Assembly: GCF_000260965.1 (NCBI RefSeq)
Contig: NC_017856.1
Coordinates: 1,500,001 to 1,532,000, forward strand
DNA from: Methylophaga frappieri
GTDB taxonomy: Bacteria > Pseudomonadota > Gammaproteobacteria > Nitrosococcales > Methylophagaceae
Length of the DNA stretch: 32,000 bases
Direction of reading: 5' to 3'
Positions 16,187 through 26,522 of this stretch are shown here, one piece after another. Within the stretch, counting starts at the first letter, position 1, and each line of letters starts with the position of its first letter. Both the position numbers and the translations under genes were made by a program. The notes below the pieces were generated by a model. The model saw nothing but the letters and a program-made list of their open reading frames with translations, made no database searches and was not told the origin of the DNA.

Positions 16187-18871
16187 ATGTCCTGTTACCG
16201 CCGCTTTCTGTTGTGTCTGTTGCTTGTCTTGCCAGGCTCTTTGCTGGCAGTCGAGGAAAGTCGAACGCTGACACCGGTGACCGTCAAACTGCACTGGCTT
16301 CATCAATTTCAGTTTGCTGGCATATACGCTGCCATCGAAGCGGGTTACTATCGTGATGCCGGGCTGAATGTCACTATCGAAACCGCTTGGGAACCGCCTC
16401 ATGATGAAGTAGAAAGCGGTGAAGTTGAGTTTGGTTTTTCTGGTGCCGGGCTGGTTGTCGAACGCCTTAACGGACGCCCTTTTGTGGCGCTAGCTGCCAT
16501 TTTCCAACGCAGTCCTTATACCTGGCTGGTGCTCGCTGAGAGTTCAATTGAAGAACCCACCGACTTTATTGGCAAAACCGTCACGCGACATTCCTCGGTA
16601 GATGATTTGTCAGCCATCCTCTGGCAGCAGAATATCGACACCACGAAAATTAACTTTGTGCCACGCCAACCAAACGATCTGCAACGCCTTATTGCCGGGG
16701 AGATAGATATTTTGCCAGCTTATGTTTCCAACGAACCTTATTATCTGGAACAGCGGAATATCGCTTATCGGGCTATCTCCCCCCATGACTTTGATATTAA
16801 TTTTTACAGCGATATTCTGTTTACCAGTGAGCAGTTTTTACGTGAGTCGCCAGAAATCGTCGCTGCTTTTCATCGGGCAACACTGCAAGGCTGGGAAGAT
16901 GCCCTGAACTATCCTGACGCCGTTATTGACACTATCCTGCGTAATTACAACACGCAACAGAAGACACGTGCCCACCTCTACTACGAAGCGAACGCATTAA
17001 AATCTCTCAGCCTTTATCCTATGGTGGAGATTGGTCATATGACACTGGCTCGATGGCAGGCCATCGCAGATTATTATCAAAAACAAGGCGTCGTGAATAA
17101 TAGCCAGCCGCTGGCTGGATTTCTGTATGAGCCGCCCTCAGAAAGGGATGTGACCGCTTGGCAATGGGGCTTGCTGTTATTAGCTCTGATCGCCATCATG
17201 GCCTTACTCGGTTTTCATCTAAAACGCCGTCACAGTTTACTTCTGAAAAGTCAGGTGGCCGAAAAAACTGCGGCGCTGGCGCAGGAATTACAACATCGAA
17301 AAACACTCGAAAATTATGCCAAACGTGAAGGAGAACGATTAAAAACCGTACTGGATAATACTCAGGACGGCGTCATCACGATCGATGCCAGTGGCAAAAT
17401 TAGCCATTTTAATCAAGCCGCATCCACTTTGTTTGGCTATCAACCTGATGATGTCATTGGCAAAAACATCACCATGTTAATGCCGGCGACTTTTCGTCAT
17501 CAACATGAACAGGGAATGCTGCGTTTTCTGCAACATGGCGAATCAAACGTGATTGGTTCAGCAGTGCAAGTTGAGGCGTTGCATAAGAGTGGTCAGACAA
17601 TCCCGATTGAGCTGACACTCAGTGCCTATCAATGGGAGTCACAATACTTTTTTACCGGTATCGCTCGCGATATCTCTTTGCGACAGGCGGAACATCAAGC
17701 TTTGATTACCGCCAAGGAGGAAGCAGAAAAAGCCAATCAGGCCAAGTCAGAATTTCTCTCGGCCATGAGTCATGAGCTGAGAACGCCATTAAATGCCATC
17801 ATGGGCTTTGCCCAACTGCTAAAAATGGATATCCAGAATCAACTTTCAGCAGAGCAAAGCAGCCACCTTGATATTATTTTGCAAAGCGGTTCGCATCTTG
17901 CCAAATTGATCAATGATGTTCTGGAATTGTCGCGCATCGAGTCCGGCAATCTTGATGTTACTCTGGTGCCCGTGAATGTCAGTCAGGTGATTGAGGACTG
18001 TTTGCCTTTTTTGCAAACGTTGGCGCATGACAACAGCATCCAAATTGATATCCCGCCCGCGACTAATCATTGGGTCAAGGCGGATGCAACCCGGCTGAAA
18101 CAGGTGATGATTAATCTGCTCAGCAACGCGATTAAATACAACCGGCCACAGGGCATGGTCAGTATCAGTCTGGATGAACTCTCAGACAACCAGATCTTGC
18201 GAATCACCATTACCGATACCGGGATAGGCATTCCAAAACAGCTTCAAACACGTTTATTTACTGCATTTGATCGGCTTGGTCAGGATGCCTCCGGCATTGA
18301 AGGTAGCGGTGTTGGACTGGTAGTAACCCAACGTCTGATTGAGGCTATGCAAGGGCGTATTGGGTTTGATAGCCGCGAAGGTGAAGGCAGTCGCTTTTGG
18401 CTTGATTTGGCATTGATGCAAACCAAGATGACGCCGTCACCAGCGCCTGTCGACACTGAATCCTTGCCAGAAATCCAGTCAAGTCAGTCTGTGCCTGGTG
18501 GCAAAACCATGACCGTACTGTATGTCGAAGATAACCCGGCCAATATACAACTCATGCAAGCGTATTTCCGCCAGCATTCACACTGTGTCATGCATAGCTG
18601 TAAAACTGCCGAAACGGCATTACAGGCAATTACCACACTAAAACCAGAATTAATTTTGATTGATATTAATTTACCTGGCATGAATGGCTTGGAAGCAACC
18701 CGTCAGATTCGGCAAATGCCGGGGATGAAACCCGTCCCTATTGTTGCCATCACCGCCGCTGCCATGCCGCATGAACAACAACGTGCCAGCGGCTTGTTTG
18801 ATGCCTATTTAACCAAACCACTCAATTTCAATGAGTTGGATATTTTTTTACAAAATAACCTGTCCCCATAA
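16187..18871 (+). CDS. Hybrid sensor histidine kinase/response regulator with periplasmic solute-binding-like (NMT1/SsuA-type) sensor, PAS, HisKA, HATPase and REC domains
   Basis: Signal/TM segment, then an SBP-like region (VKLHWLHQFQFAGIYAAIEAGYYRDAGLNV), then a second TM (LLLLALIAIMALLGF). A PAS domain (GVITIDASGKISHFNQAAS) and H-box SHELRTPLN follow. N/G boxes (LLSNAIKYN, DTGIGI, GSGVGL) and a receiver (LILIDINLPGMNG...LTKP) complete it. Confidence 0.9.
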   Translation: MSCYRRFLLCLLLVLPGSLLAVEESRTLTPVTVKLHWLHQFQFAGIYAAIEAGYYRDAGLNVTIETAWEPPHDEVESGEVEFGFSGAGLVVERLNGRPFVALAAIFQRSPYTWLVLAESSIEEPTDFIGKTVTRHSSVDDLSAILWQQNIDTTKINFVPRQPNDLQRLIAGEIDILPAYVSNEPYYLEQRNIAYRAISPHDFDINFYSDILFTSEQFLRESPEIVAAFHRATLQGWEDALNYPDAVIDTILRNYNTQQKTRAHLYYEANALKSLSLYPMVEIGHMTLARWQAIADYYQKQGVVNNSQPLAGFLYEPPSERDVTAWQWGLLLLALIAIMALLGFHLKRRHSLLLKSQVAEKTAALAQELQHRKTLENYAKREGERLKTVLDNTQDGVITIDASGKISHFNQAASTLFGYQPDDVIGKNITMLMPATFRHQHEQGMLRFLQHGESNVIGSAVQVEALHKSGQTIPIELTLSAYQWESQYFFTGIARDISLRQAEHQALITAKEEAEKANQAKSEFLSAMSHELRTPLNAIMGFAQLLKMDIQNQLSAEQSSHLDIILQSGSHLAKLINDVLELSRIESGNLDVTLVPVNVSQVIEDCLPFLQTLAHDNSIQIDIPPATNHWVKADATRLKQVMINLLSNAIKYNRPQGMVSISLDELSDNQILRITITDTGIGIPKQLQTRLFTAFDRLGQDASGIEGSGVGLVVTQRLIEAMQGRIGFDSREGEGSRFWLDLALMQTKMTPSPAPVDTESLPEIQSSQSVPGGKTMTVLYVEDNPANIQLMQAYFRQHSHCVMHSCKTAETALQAITTLKPELILIDINLPGMNGLEATRQIRQMPGMKPVPIVAITAAAMPHEQQRASGLFDAYLTKPLNFNELDIFLQNNLSP

Positions 18872-18880
18872 CTGTTTGGT

Positions 18881-20332
18881 TTAGCGCTTCCCCATCACCT
18901 TGCACTGCAATACCCCCTGATGCAGACGAATCGAGACCGCATCGCCCGTGGTGACCTGCGCGCTGTTTGTCACCACACGACCGTCATCACAACTGGTAAT
19001 ACTGTAACCACGATCCAGGGTATTCAGCGGACTGACTGCTGACAACGTTCGTGCCTGCTGAGTGAGTGACTGACGACGCGATTGCAACTGCTGATGCAAT
19101 GTTTTATGTAATCGGCCCTGTAACGCACCCACTTGTTGTTGAGATCGCTGCAATCGCTGGCTCACTGACTGAATATGATGCTGCCAATGCGCATTCAATT
19201 GTTTCTCCAGCCCCAGCAGTTTCTGGCGTTGAAACGCAATTTTTGCCTGTGGATGCAGTATTCTGGCCTGCAAAAAATCGGTCCGCTGATAGGCGGACTG
19301 CAGGCGACGTTGCATGGTGCTTTGCAACTGGTAGCACAATCGCTGAAGTAATTCCTGTTGGCTGCGTAATGCATGTCGAGGATGCGGCAGCCGCTGTCTG
19401 AGATAATGCAAATAGTGGTTTTGCTGCTGCAACCTCCGCTTGATCGTCAACGACAGTCGGTTTTGGGTCTGCGCTAAACTTCTAAGCAGATCAGTCATAT
19501 CGGGTACGGCCATTTCTGCCGCCGCAGAAGGTGTGGGTGCACGCACATCAGCGACGAAATCCGCAATGGTAAAATCGACCTCATGTCCTACCGCGCTGAT
19601 AACTGGTATCTGACAAGCAAAAATCGCTTGTGCTACTTTTTCATCATTAAATGCCCATAAGTCTTCCAATGAGCCACCGCCCCGCCCCACAATCAATACC
19701 TCACACTCTTTTCGACTCGCAGCCAGTTCAATCGCCGCCTTAATCTGTGATGGCGCAGTTTCACCCTGAACTGCAGTGGGATAAATAATCACGTTTACCG
19801 CCGGAAAGCGACGTTTTAATACACTCAAAATATCGTGCACAGCCGCCCCATCCGGCGAGGAAACGATACCGATAACCGTTGGCGCAGACGGTAAGGTTTT
19901 TTTATGTGCAGTATCAAACAGGCCGGCCAGCCCTAACCGAGCTTTTAGCGCTTCGTATGCCCGCTGCAGCGCACCACTGCCCGCAGACTCCATGTGTTCA
20001 ACGATGAGCTGAAACTCGCCGCGTCCTTCATACAACGTAACGCGAACCCGCAATAACACCTGCATGCCGTTTTCAGGCGTCAACCGGAGGTATTGATTGC
20101 GGCCGCGAAACATTGCGCAACGCACCTGCGCTGCCTCATCTTTAAGCGTAAAGTAGAGATGTCCGGATCCAGGCATGGCCAGATTAGAAATTTCGCCCTC
20201 AACCCAAAGCAATGGGAAGCTGCCATCCAGGAGTTGTCGGGTCTCACGCACCAATCGCGACACCCCATAGATATCCGTAACCTGACGCTTGGCGAGTTTC
20301 GAGCTTGAATCAGATGTGACAGGTGCTGCCAT
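18881..20332 (-). CDS. xseA: Exodeoxyribonuclease VII large subunit
   Basis: OB-fold N-terminus (LWVEGEISNLAMPGSGHLYFTLKDE), a catalytic core (GRGGGSLEDLWAFNDE, VISAVGHEVDFTIADFVAD) and a long coiled-coil tail. Confidence 0.93.
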   Translation of the reverse strand: MAAPVTSDSSSKLAKRQVTDIYGVSRLVRETRQLLDGSFPLLWVEGEISNLAMPGSGHLYFTLKDEAAQVRCAMFRGRNQYLRLTPENGMQVLLRVRVTLYEGRGEFQLIVEHMESAGSGALQRAYEALKARLGLAGLFDTAHKKTLPSAPTVIGIVSSPDGAAVHDILSVLKRRFPAVNVIIYPTAVQGETAPSQIKAAIELAASRKECEVLIVGRGGGSLEDLWAFNDEKVAQAIFACQIPVISAVGHEVDFTIADFVADVRAPTPSAAAEMAVPDMTDLLRSLAQTQNRLSLTIKRRLQQQNHYLHYLRQRLPHPRHALRSQQELLQRLCYQLQSTMQRRLQSAYQRTDFLQARILHPQAKIAFQRQKLLGLEKQLNAHWQHHIQSVSQRLQRSQQQVGALQGRLHKTLHQQLQSRRQSLTQQARTLSAVSPLNTLDRGYSITSCDDGRVVTNSAQVTTGDAVSIRLHQGVLQCKVMGKR

Positions 20333-20355
20333 AAATCTTCCTGTTACTGATATAA

Positions 20356-21858
<1,503 letters not shown>

Positions 21859-21906
21859 TCATTCCCGGCATCTGATTGCCGTATTTTGCCGATTAAAGAG
21901 ACCCCA

Positions 21907-23484
21907 ATGAGCAGCAATATTCACGATCACCGCATCCTCATCCTGGATTTTGGTTCGCAATACACGCAATTAATCGCCCGCCGCATTCGCGAAGCGGGCG
22001 TTTATTGTGAGTTACGCAACCCGGAAATGTCTGAAGCGGAAATTCGTGCGTTTAATCCCAGGGGCATCATTCTTTCTGGCGGCCCCGACTCCACCATTGG
22101 TGACGCTGCGCCGAGTGCGCCACAATGTGTTTTTGAACTGGGACTGCCAGTTTTAGGCATCTGCTACGGCATGCAAACCATGGCACAACAATTGGGCGGA
22201 CAGGTGGAATCATCCGCTCATCGCGAATTTGGTTATGCCCGTATTCGCGCGCGTGGCCATTCCGAACTGCTCCGTGAGATTGAAGATCATACGACAACCG
22301 AAGGCTGGGGCATGCTGGATGTGTGGATGAGCCATGGTGATCGCGTTGCCAGTTTGCCGGAAGGCTTTAAGGTGATAGCAAGTACAGATAGCGCGCCAAT
22401 TGCCGGTATGGCGAATGAATCGCGTCGGTTCTACGGTGTACAGTTTCACCCAGAGGTCACCCACACCACCCAGGGACAACGCATGATTGAGCGTTTCCTG
22501 ATTGATATCTGTGGCTGTGAAACCTTGTGGACCTCTGCCAATATCATCGAAGACAGTATTGCTGCCATTCGCGAACAAGTGGGCGATGACGAAGTGTTAT
22601 TGGGTTTGTCAGGTGGTGTTGACTCCTCGGTTGTAGCAGCATTACTGCATAAAGCGATTGGTGATCAACTGACCTGTGTCTTTGTTGATAACGGTCTGCT
22701 GCGTCAAAACGAAGGCGATCAGGTCATGGCCATGTTTGCCAAACACATGGGCATTCGTGTGATCCGCGCTGATGCCGAAGATCGTTTCCTCAACGCTTTG
22801 GAAGGCATCGATGATCCGGAACAAAAACGCAAAATCATCGGCAATAAGTTTGTCGACATTTTTGATGAAGAAGCCGCCAAACTGAAAAACGTCAAATGGC
22901 TGGCCCAAGGCACGATTTACCCGGATGTAATCGAGTCTGCCGCCGCAAAAACCGGTAAAGCGCATGTGATCAAAACACACCATAACGTCGGTGGATTGCC
23001 TGAGCACATGAAACTCAAACTGGTCGAACCATTACGCGAATTATTTAAAGACGAAGTCCGTAAACTCGGCGTCGAACTCGGTTTACCTTCAGACATGGTT
23101 TATCGTCACCCTTTCCCTGGCCCGGGTCTTGGCGTCAGAATTCTGGGTGAAGTGAAAAAAGAATTCGCCGACTTATTACGCAAAGCCGATCAAATCTTCA
23201 TCGCAGAATTACGCAAACACGACCTATATGACAAAACCAGTCAGGCATTTGCTGTCTTTCTGCCGGTGAAATCCGTCGGTGTAATGGGTGATGGCCGCCG
23301 TTATGATTATGTTGTGTCACTGCGTGCCGTGGAAACGATCGACTTTATGACCGCACGCTGGGCTAACTTGCCATACGATTTTCTGGATCTGGTTTCACGC
23401 CGCATCATTAATGAAACTGCCGGTATTTCACGGGTGGTCTACGACATTTCCGGCAAACCGCCTGCCACTATCGAGTGGGAATGA
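21907..23484 (+). CDS. guaA: Glutamine-hydrolysing GMP synthase
   Basis: GATase domain ([24 protein letters not shown]), ATP-PPase P-loop SGGVDSSV and the C-terminal end ...[12 protein letters not shown] 21907 is preferred over TTG 21886. Confidence 0.97.
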   Translation: MSSNIHDHRILILDFGSQYTQLIARRIREAGVYCELRNPEMSEAEIRAFNPRGIILSGGPDSTIGDAAPSAPQCVFELGLPVLGICYGMQTMAQQLGGQVESSAHREFGYARIRARGHSELLREIEDHTTTEGWGMLDVWMSHGDRVASLPEGFKVIASTDSAPIAGMANESRRFYGVQFHPEVTHTTQGQRMIERFLIDICGCETLWTSANIIEDSIAAIREQVGDDEVLLGLSGGVDSSVVAALLHKAIGDQLTCVFVDNGLLRQNEGDQVMAMFAKHMGIRVIRADAEDRFLNALEGIDDPEQKRKIIGNKFVDIFDEEAAKLKNVKWLAQGTIYPDVIESAAAKTGKAHVIKTHHNVGGLPEHMKLKLVEPLRELFKDEVRKLGVELGLPSDMVYRHPFPGPGLGVRILGEVKKEFADLLRKADQIFIAELRKHDLYDKTSQAFAVFLPVKSVGVMGDGRRYDYVVSLRAVETIDFMTARWANLPYDFLDLVSRRIINETAGISRVVYDISGKPPATIEWE

Positions 23485-23531
23485 TTCCACGTCTGGCACT
23501 GGCTGGCATTCACAAGCAGTAAACCTCTATT

Positions 23532-23560
23532 AACCCATTGATATCAATGGGTTTTTCTTT
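23532..23560 (+). terminator. Rho-independent terminator downstream of guaA
   Basis: AACCCATTGA-ta-TCAATGGGTT perfect palindrome followed by TTTTCTTTATTTTT. Confidence 0.7.
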
Positions 23561-23611
23561 ATTTTTCCTGGCAATGTCAGGCACTCCCTAGCACCCTCAA
23601 GCAAACTTTTT

Positions 23612-23766
23612 TCATGGTATTTTTGATGGTATTGTTCGAGCTGATACCGCGACCTCAAAGAAATACCATGCCATGAATTTTGGAGTAGTCATGGTATCGA
23701 AAATCACTAACATGCTGATATTAAAGGAAATATAGGCGAAAAATACGGCATGTTTGATCATGGTAT
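23612..23766. repeat. Five copies of ATGGTAT (four direct, one inverted) upstream of int; candidate arm-type integrase/RDF binding sites
   Basis: ATGGTAT occurs at 23614-23620, 23626-23632, 23691-23697 and 23760-23766. The inverted copy ATACCAT is at 23663-23669. Three copies share the extended form TCATGGTAT. Confidence 0.5.
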
Positions 23767-23792
23767 TAAGGACGAGAAAAGGAGGATTAGCC

Positions 23793-24989
23793 ATGCTGAC
23801 CGATACCAAGCTTCGCAACCTGAAACCTCAAGACAAGCTCTACAAGGTCAACGACCGAGACGGCCTTTACGTAGCAGTCACACCGGCAGGGACAATCTCT
23901 TTTAGACATAACTACTCCATCAGCGGCCGTCAGGAGACGTTGACCATCGGTCGATATGGCAGTGGCGGTATCACACTGGCGGAAGCGCGGGAACTGCTGA
24001 GCGAAGCAAAGAAAATGATTGCAGCCGGCAAATCCCCGGCCAGAGAGAAAGCGCGCGACAAATCGCGCGTGAAGGATGCCGAAACATTCGGGGCATGGGC
24101 TGAAAAATGGTTGCGCGGCTATCAGATGGCTGACTCGACACGCGACATGCGTAAATCGGTCTACAATCGTGAGTTGAAAAAGCGCTTCGGCAATCAGAAA
24201 TTATCTGAGATCACACATGAGGATCTCCGGGCAGTGACCGATGCCATCGTGGAAAGAGGAGCGCCAGCAACAGCCGTCCACGCCCGAGAAGTGGTATTAC
24301 AGGTTTATCGGTGGGCGATCGAACGCGGACAGAAAGTTGAAAACCCCGCTGAAATGGTTCGCCCCAACAGTATCGCCAGATTCGAACCCCGAGACCGCGC
24401 CCTGAGTCCTGCCGAAATTGGTCTGATGTATCGGTACATGGATCGAATCGGGACCTCGCCGCAATATAGAGCCGCAATCAAGCTGCTGTTATTGACCATG
24501 GTCAGAAAATCCGAGTTGTCCAACGCCACCTGGGAAGAGATCAATTTTAGCGAGGCACTCTGGACGATCCCGAAACAGCGTATGAAGCGACGAAATCCAC
24601 ATTTGGTGTTTCTGTCTCGCCAGGCACTGGATATCTTTATCGCACTGAAGACCTTTGCCGGTGGCTCTGAATTCGTGCTTCCCTCGCGGTATGATTCCGA
24701 CTTGCCTATGAGTGCAGCGACTTTGAATCGCGTTCTTGCCCTGACGTATCAGGCTGCACAAAAGGATGGTGAACAGCTTGGTAAATTTGGTCCGCACGAT
24801 CTGCGTCGCACAGCCAGCACCTTATTGCATGAAGCAGGCTACAACACTGATTGGATTGAAAAGTGTCTTGCCCATGAGCAGAAAGGAGTAAGGGCAATTT
24901 ACAATAAAGCCGAATACCGGGAGCAACGGGCGGCGATGTTGCAAGACTGGGCTGACATGATTGACGAGTGGACTAGCGTGAAACGTTAA
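23793..24989 (+). CDS. int: P4-type tyrosine integrase (DUF4102 arm-binding N-terminus)
   Basis: The N-terminus MLTDTKLRNLKPQDKLYKVNDRDGLYVAVTPAGTISFRHNY is the typical DUF4102/Arm-DNA-bind_3 opening. C-terminal catalytic motifs are HDLRRTAST, LAHE and IYNKAEY. ATG 23793 follows AAAAGGAGG. Confidence 0.93.
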   Translation: MLTDTKLRNLKPQDKLYKVNDRDGLYVAVTPAGTISFRHNYSISGRQETLTIGRYGSGGITLAEARELLSEAKKMIAAGKSPAREKARDKSRVKDAETFGAWAEKWLRGYQMADSTRDMRKSVYNRELKKRFGNQKLSEITHEDLRAVTDAIVERGAPATAVHAREVVLQVYRWAIERGQKVENPAEMVRPNSIARFEPRDRALSPAEIGLMYRYMDRIGTSPQYRAAIKLLLLTMVRKSELSNATWEEINFSEALWTIPKQRMKRRNPHLVFLSRQALDIFIALKTFAGGSEFVLPSRYDSDLPMSAATLNRVLALTYQAAQKDGEQLGKFGPHDLRRTASTLLHEAGYNTDWIEKCLAHEQKGVRAIYNKAEYREQRAAMLQDWADMIDEWTSVKR

Positions 24990-25221
24990 TGGGGATTCCT
25001 GGCCGGATAGGTTGATCTTCAGACTCTTTGCGCGATTCGATCCACTTTTCCACCTCGGCCAAGTCCCAGGCGACATTGCGGCTTGTCAGCACGATTCTGC
25101 GCGGAAAGTCGCCTCGTTTCTCCATATTGAAGATGGCGCGATCTGAAAGCGGAATCATAGCCAGTAATGTTTTTCGATTGATTAAAGTCTTTCTTGGTCG
25201 AGTAGGGTGTCCGTCATCCAT
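24973..25221 (-). CDS. alpA: AlpA-family phage-type transcriptional regulator/excisionase
   Basis: LINRKTLLAMIPLSDRAIFNMEKRGDFPRRIVLTSRNVAWDLAEVEKWIESRK matches the AlpA (MerR-like winged HTH) pattern. It is convergent with int and overlaps it by 17 nt. Confidence 0.8.
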   Translation of the reverse strand: MDDGHPTRPRKTLINRKTLLAMIPLSDRAIFNMEKRGDFPRRIVLTSRNVAWDLAEVEKWIESRKESEDQPIRPGIPINVSR

Positions 25222-25283
25222 TGCTTCTCACTCTCGCTCCGGACCGCACGTGTCAGAGTCTTAGGCTTGCCAAAAACTAAACG

Positions 25284-25335
25284 TTAGCACCGTGCAAATC
25301 ATTTTGGCAAAAGAGAATGTTTAGCAATGTGATAA
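25284..25335. promoter_or_regulatory. Two TTAGCA-N3-TGCTAA-like palindromes upstream of alpA (candidate repressor operators)
   Basis: TTAGCAccgTGCAAA (25284-25298) and TTAGCAatgTGATAA (25321-25335). Each matches the motif found in the cI/cro intergenic region at 11/12 positions. Confidence 0.5.
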
Positions 25336-25464
25336 ACAATTACTGCATCAGGGTGGGGTGACGGACTTAGGAGTGTTGCCGTGACAGCGTCATTCACCAT
25401 ATTTGCGCTGCATGCGATCACTCGAAATTATTGTTGCTCGTGTCTCTGGGTCCGCTGGGAAAAC

Positions 25465-26139
25465 TCAGACCACCTCCCCCTTGAAGACAATGACTCCACA
25501 GATTGTCGCTTCTTCATCCACTTCGATAATGCGATTCGGCCAGTCAGGGTTGAGTGCCTTCAGGTACTGCTTGCCCTCTTCAATAATTAACTGCTTGAAC
25601 GTGGCTTCATTGGATTCATCGAGTCGAACAACCACGTACTTTCCGTGGTCAGGTGAAACATTGGGGTCAACAAAAATCAGGTCGCCCTCATGAAATTTGG
25701 GTTCCATACTGCTGCCGCGAACCCTAAGTACAAAGGATTCAGGACTACAACACACCGGGCAGGGTAAAAGTTCTGAACCGTAGGCCGGTACGAAACTTTC
25801 AGAAATCTCATACCAGTTTCCCGCTTGGACCCAGGATATCAGCGGGTGGAGACTGCGCAAATCCGGGCCGTCGTGGGCGTTGTGTTCCTCTTGTCTTGCC
25901 CCGTCCGCATGGGGGGTATCCATCCATCCTTGGTCTTTATTCATAGCCTTTTCCAGTTTTTCCGCCAGCTCATCTCCGATAGAGCGGGGCGTTCCTTTTT
26001 TGGTTGGCAGCTGGTTGCGCACCTGGCTGAGGTAGGAGCTATTGGTCCCAGCCGCGCGCGCCAACTTGGCAGCTGACCCCGCTTCGGCAATCAAAACCTC
26101 AAGATTGTGGAGCCGGATCTGGTTAAGTTTTAGCGTCAT
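25465..26139 (-). CDS. CI/LexA-type repressor (XRE HTH + S24 peptidase autocleavage domain)
   Basis: N-terminal HTH (GSAAKLARAAGTNSSYLSQVRN), candidate Ala-Gly cleavage site in PLISWVQAGNW, Ser nucleophile in VRGSSMEP, and Lys in ATFKQL. Confidence 0.9.
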   Translation of the reverse strand: MTLKLNQIRLHNLEVLIAEAGSAAKLARAAGTNSSYLSQVRNQLPTKKGTPRSIGDELAEKLEKAMNKDQGWMDTPHADGARQEEHNAHDGPDLRSLHPLISWVQAGNWYEISESFVPAYGSELLPCPVCCSPESFVLRVRGSSMEPKFHEGDLIFVDPNVSPDHGKYVVVRLDESNEATFKQLIIEEGKQYLKALNPDWPNRIIEVDEEATICGVIVFKGEVV

Positions 26140-26223
26140 GCGAAATACTTTAGCAGATAATTTAGCAGGATGCTAAGCAAAAACGTGGTGCTTGTCGTTG
26201 CCCGATGATTCGCACGGTGCTAA
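26130..26223. promoter_or_regulatory. Operator cluster in the repressor/cro divergent intergenic region
   Basis: Perfect palindrome TTAGCAggaTGCTAA (26162-26176) and near-perfect TTCGCAcggTGCTAA (26209-26223). A weaker copy TTAGCGtcaTGCGAA (26130-26144) overlaps the repressor start codon. There is also an extra half-site TTAGCA at 26150-26155. Confidence 0.55.
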
Positions 26224-26234
26224 TGTTTTTACGC

Positions 26235-26522
26235 ATGGAGCTAAAGGACTTTCTCAAAGTGGCAACCAAGCGGGAGCGGGCCGACGTCGCTGCGGCGTGT
26301 GGCGACTCAGTCTCCTACTTGTATCAGATTGCCGGCCAGCATCGATATGCCAGTCCATTGATGGCGACGCAAATCGAGCATTACACACGTACTGTGGCGG
26401 ACCTTTCGGATGGTCGACTGGAGCCTGTGCCTCGGGCGAGCATGGTTCGACATCCAGAGATTTTCTACGGCGTCGTGCCTGAATCGGGTGCACAAGAAGC
26501 AGGTGGTAACGATGACGCCTGA
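26235..26522 (+). CDS. Cro/YdaS-like small HTH protein, divergent from the repressor
   Basis: MELKDFLKVATKRERADVAAACGDSVSYLYQIAGQHRYASPLMATQIE resembles YdaS/Cro-type HTH proteins. The start is ambiguous (26205, 26223 or 26235). 26235 is preferred because the earlier starts overlap the 26209-26223 operator. Confidence 0.6.
   Translation: MELKDFLKVATKRERADVAAACGDSVSYLYQIAGQHRYASPLMATQIEHYTRTVADLSDGRLEPVPRASMVRHPEIFYGVVPESGAQEAGGNDDA

Noticed and set aside
25267-25310. 9-bp inverted repeat TTGCCAAAA...TTTTGGCAA, considered as the terminator of the repressor gene.
   Set aside because: The loop is 26 nt and there is no T-tract on the minus strand after the stem. It brackets one of the operator-like palindromes, so a regulatory role is more likely than a terminator.
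23485-26522. Interpreting the int-alpA-cI-cro region as a prophage or a phage-inducible chromosomal island. guaA 3' ends are classic SaPI sites, and Gram-negative PICIs use alpA.
   Set aside because: The genes immediately downstream are ICE-family signatures (GGNTRL ParB-like, DUF2857, STY4528 family, PFL_4669 family, ParM-like). No primase, terminase, capsid or other phage gene is visible. This cannot be fully excluded without the rest of the element.
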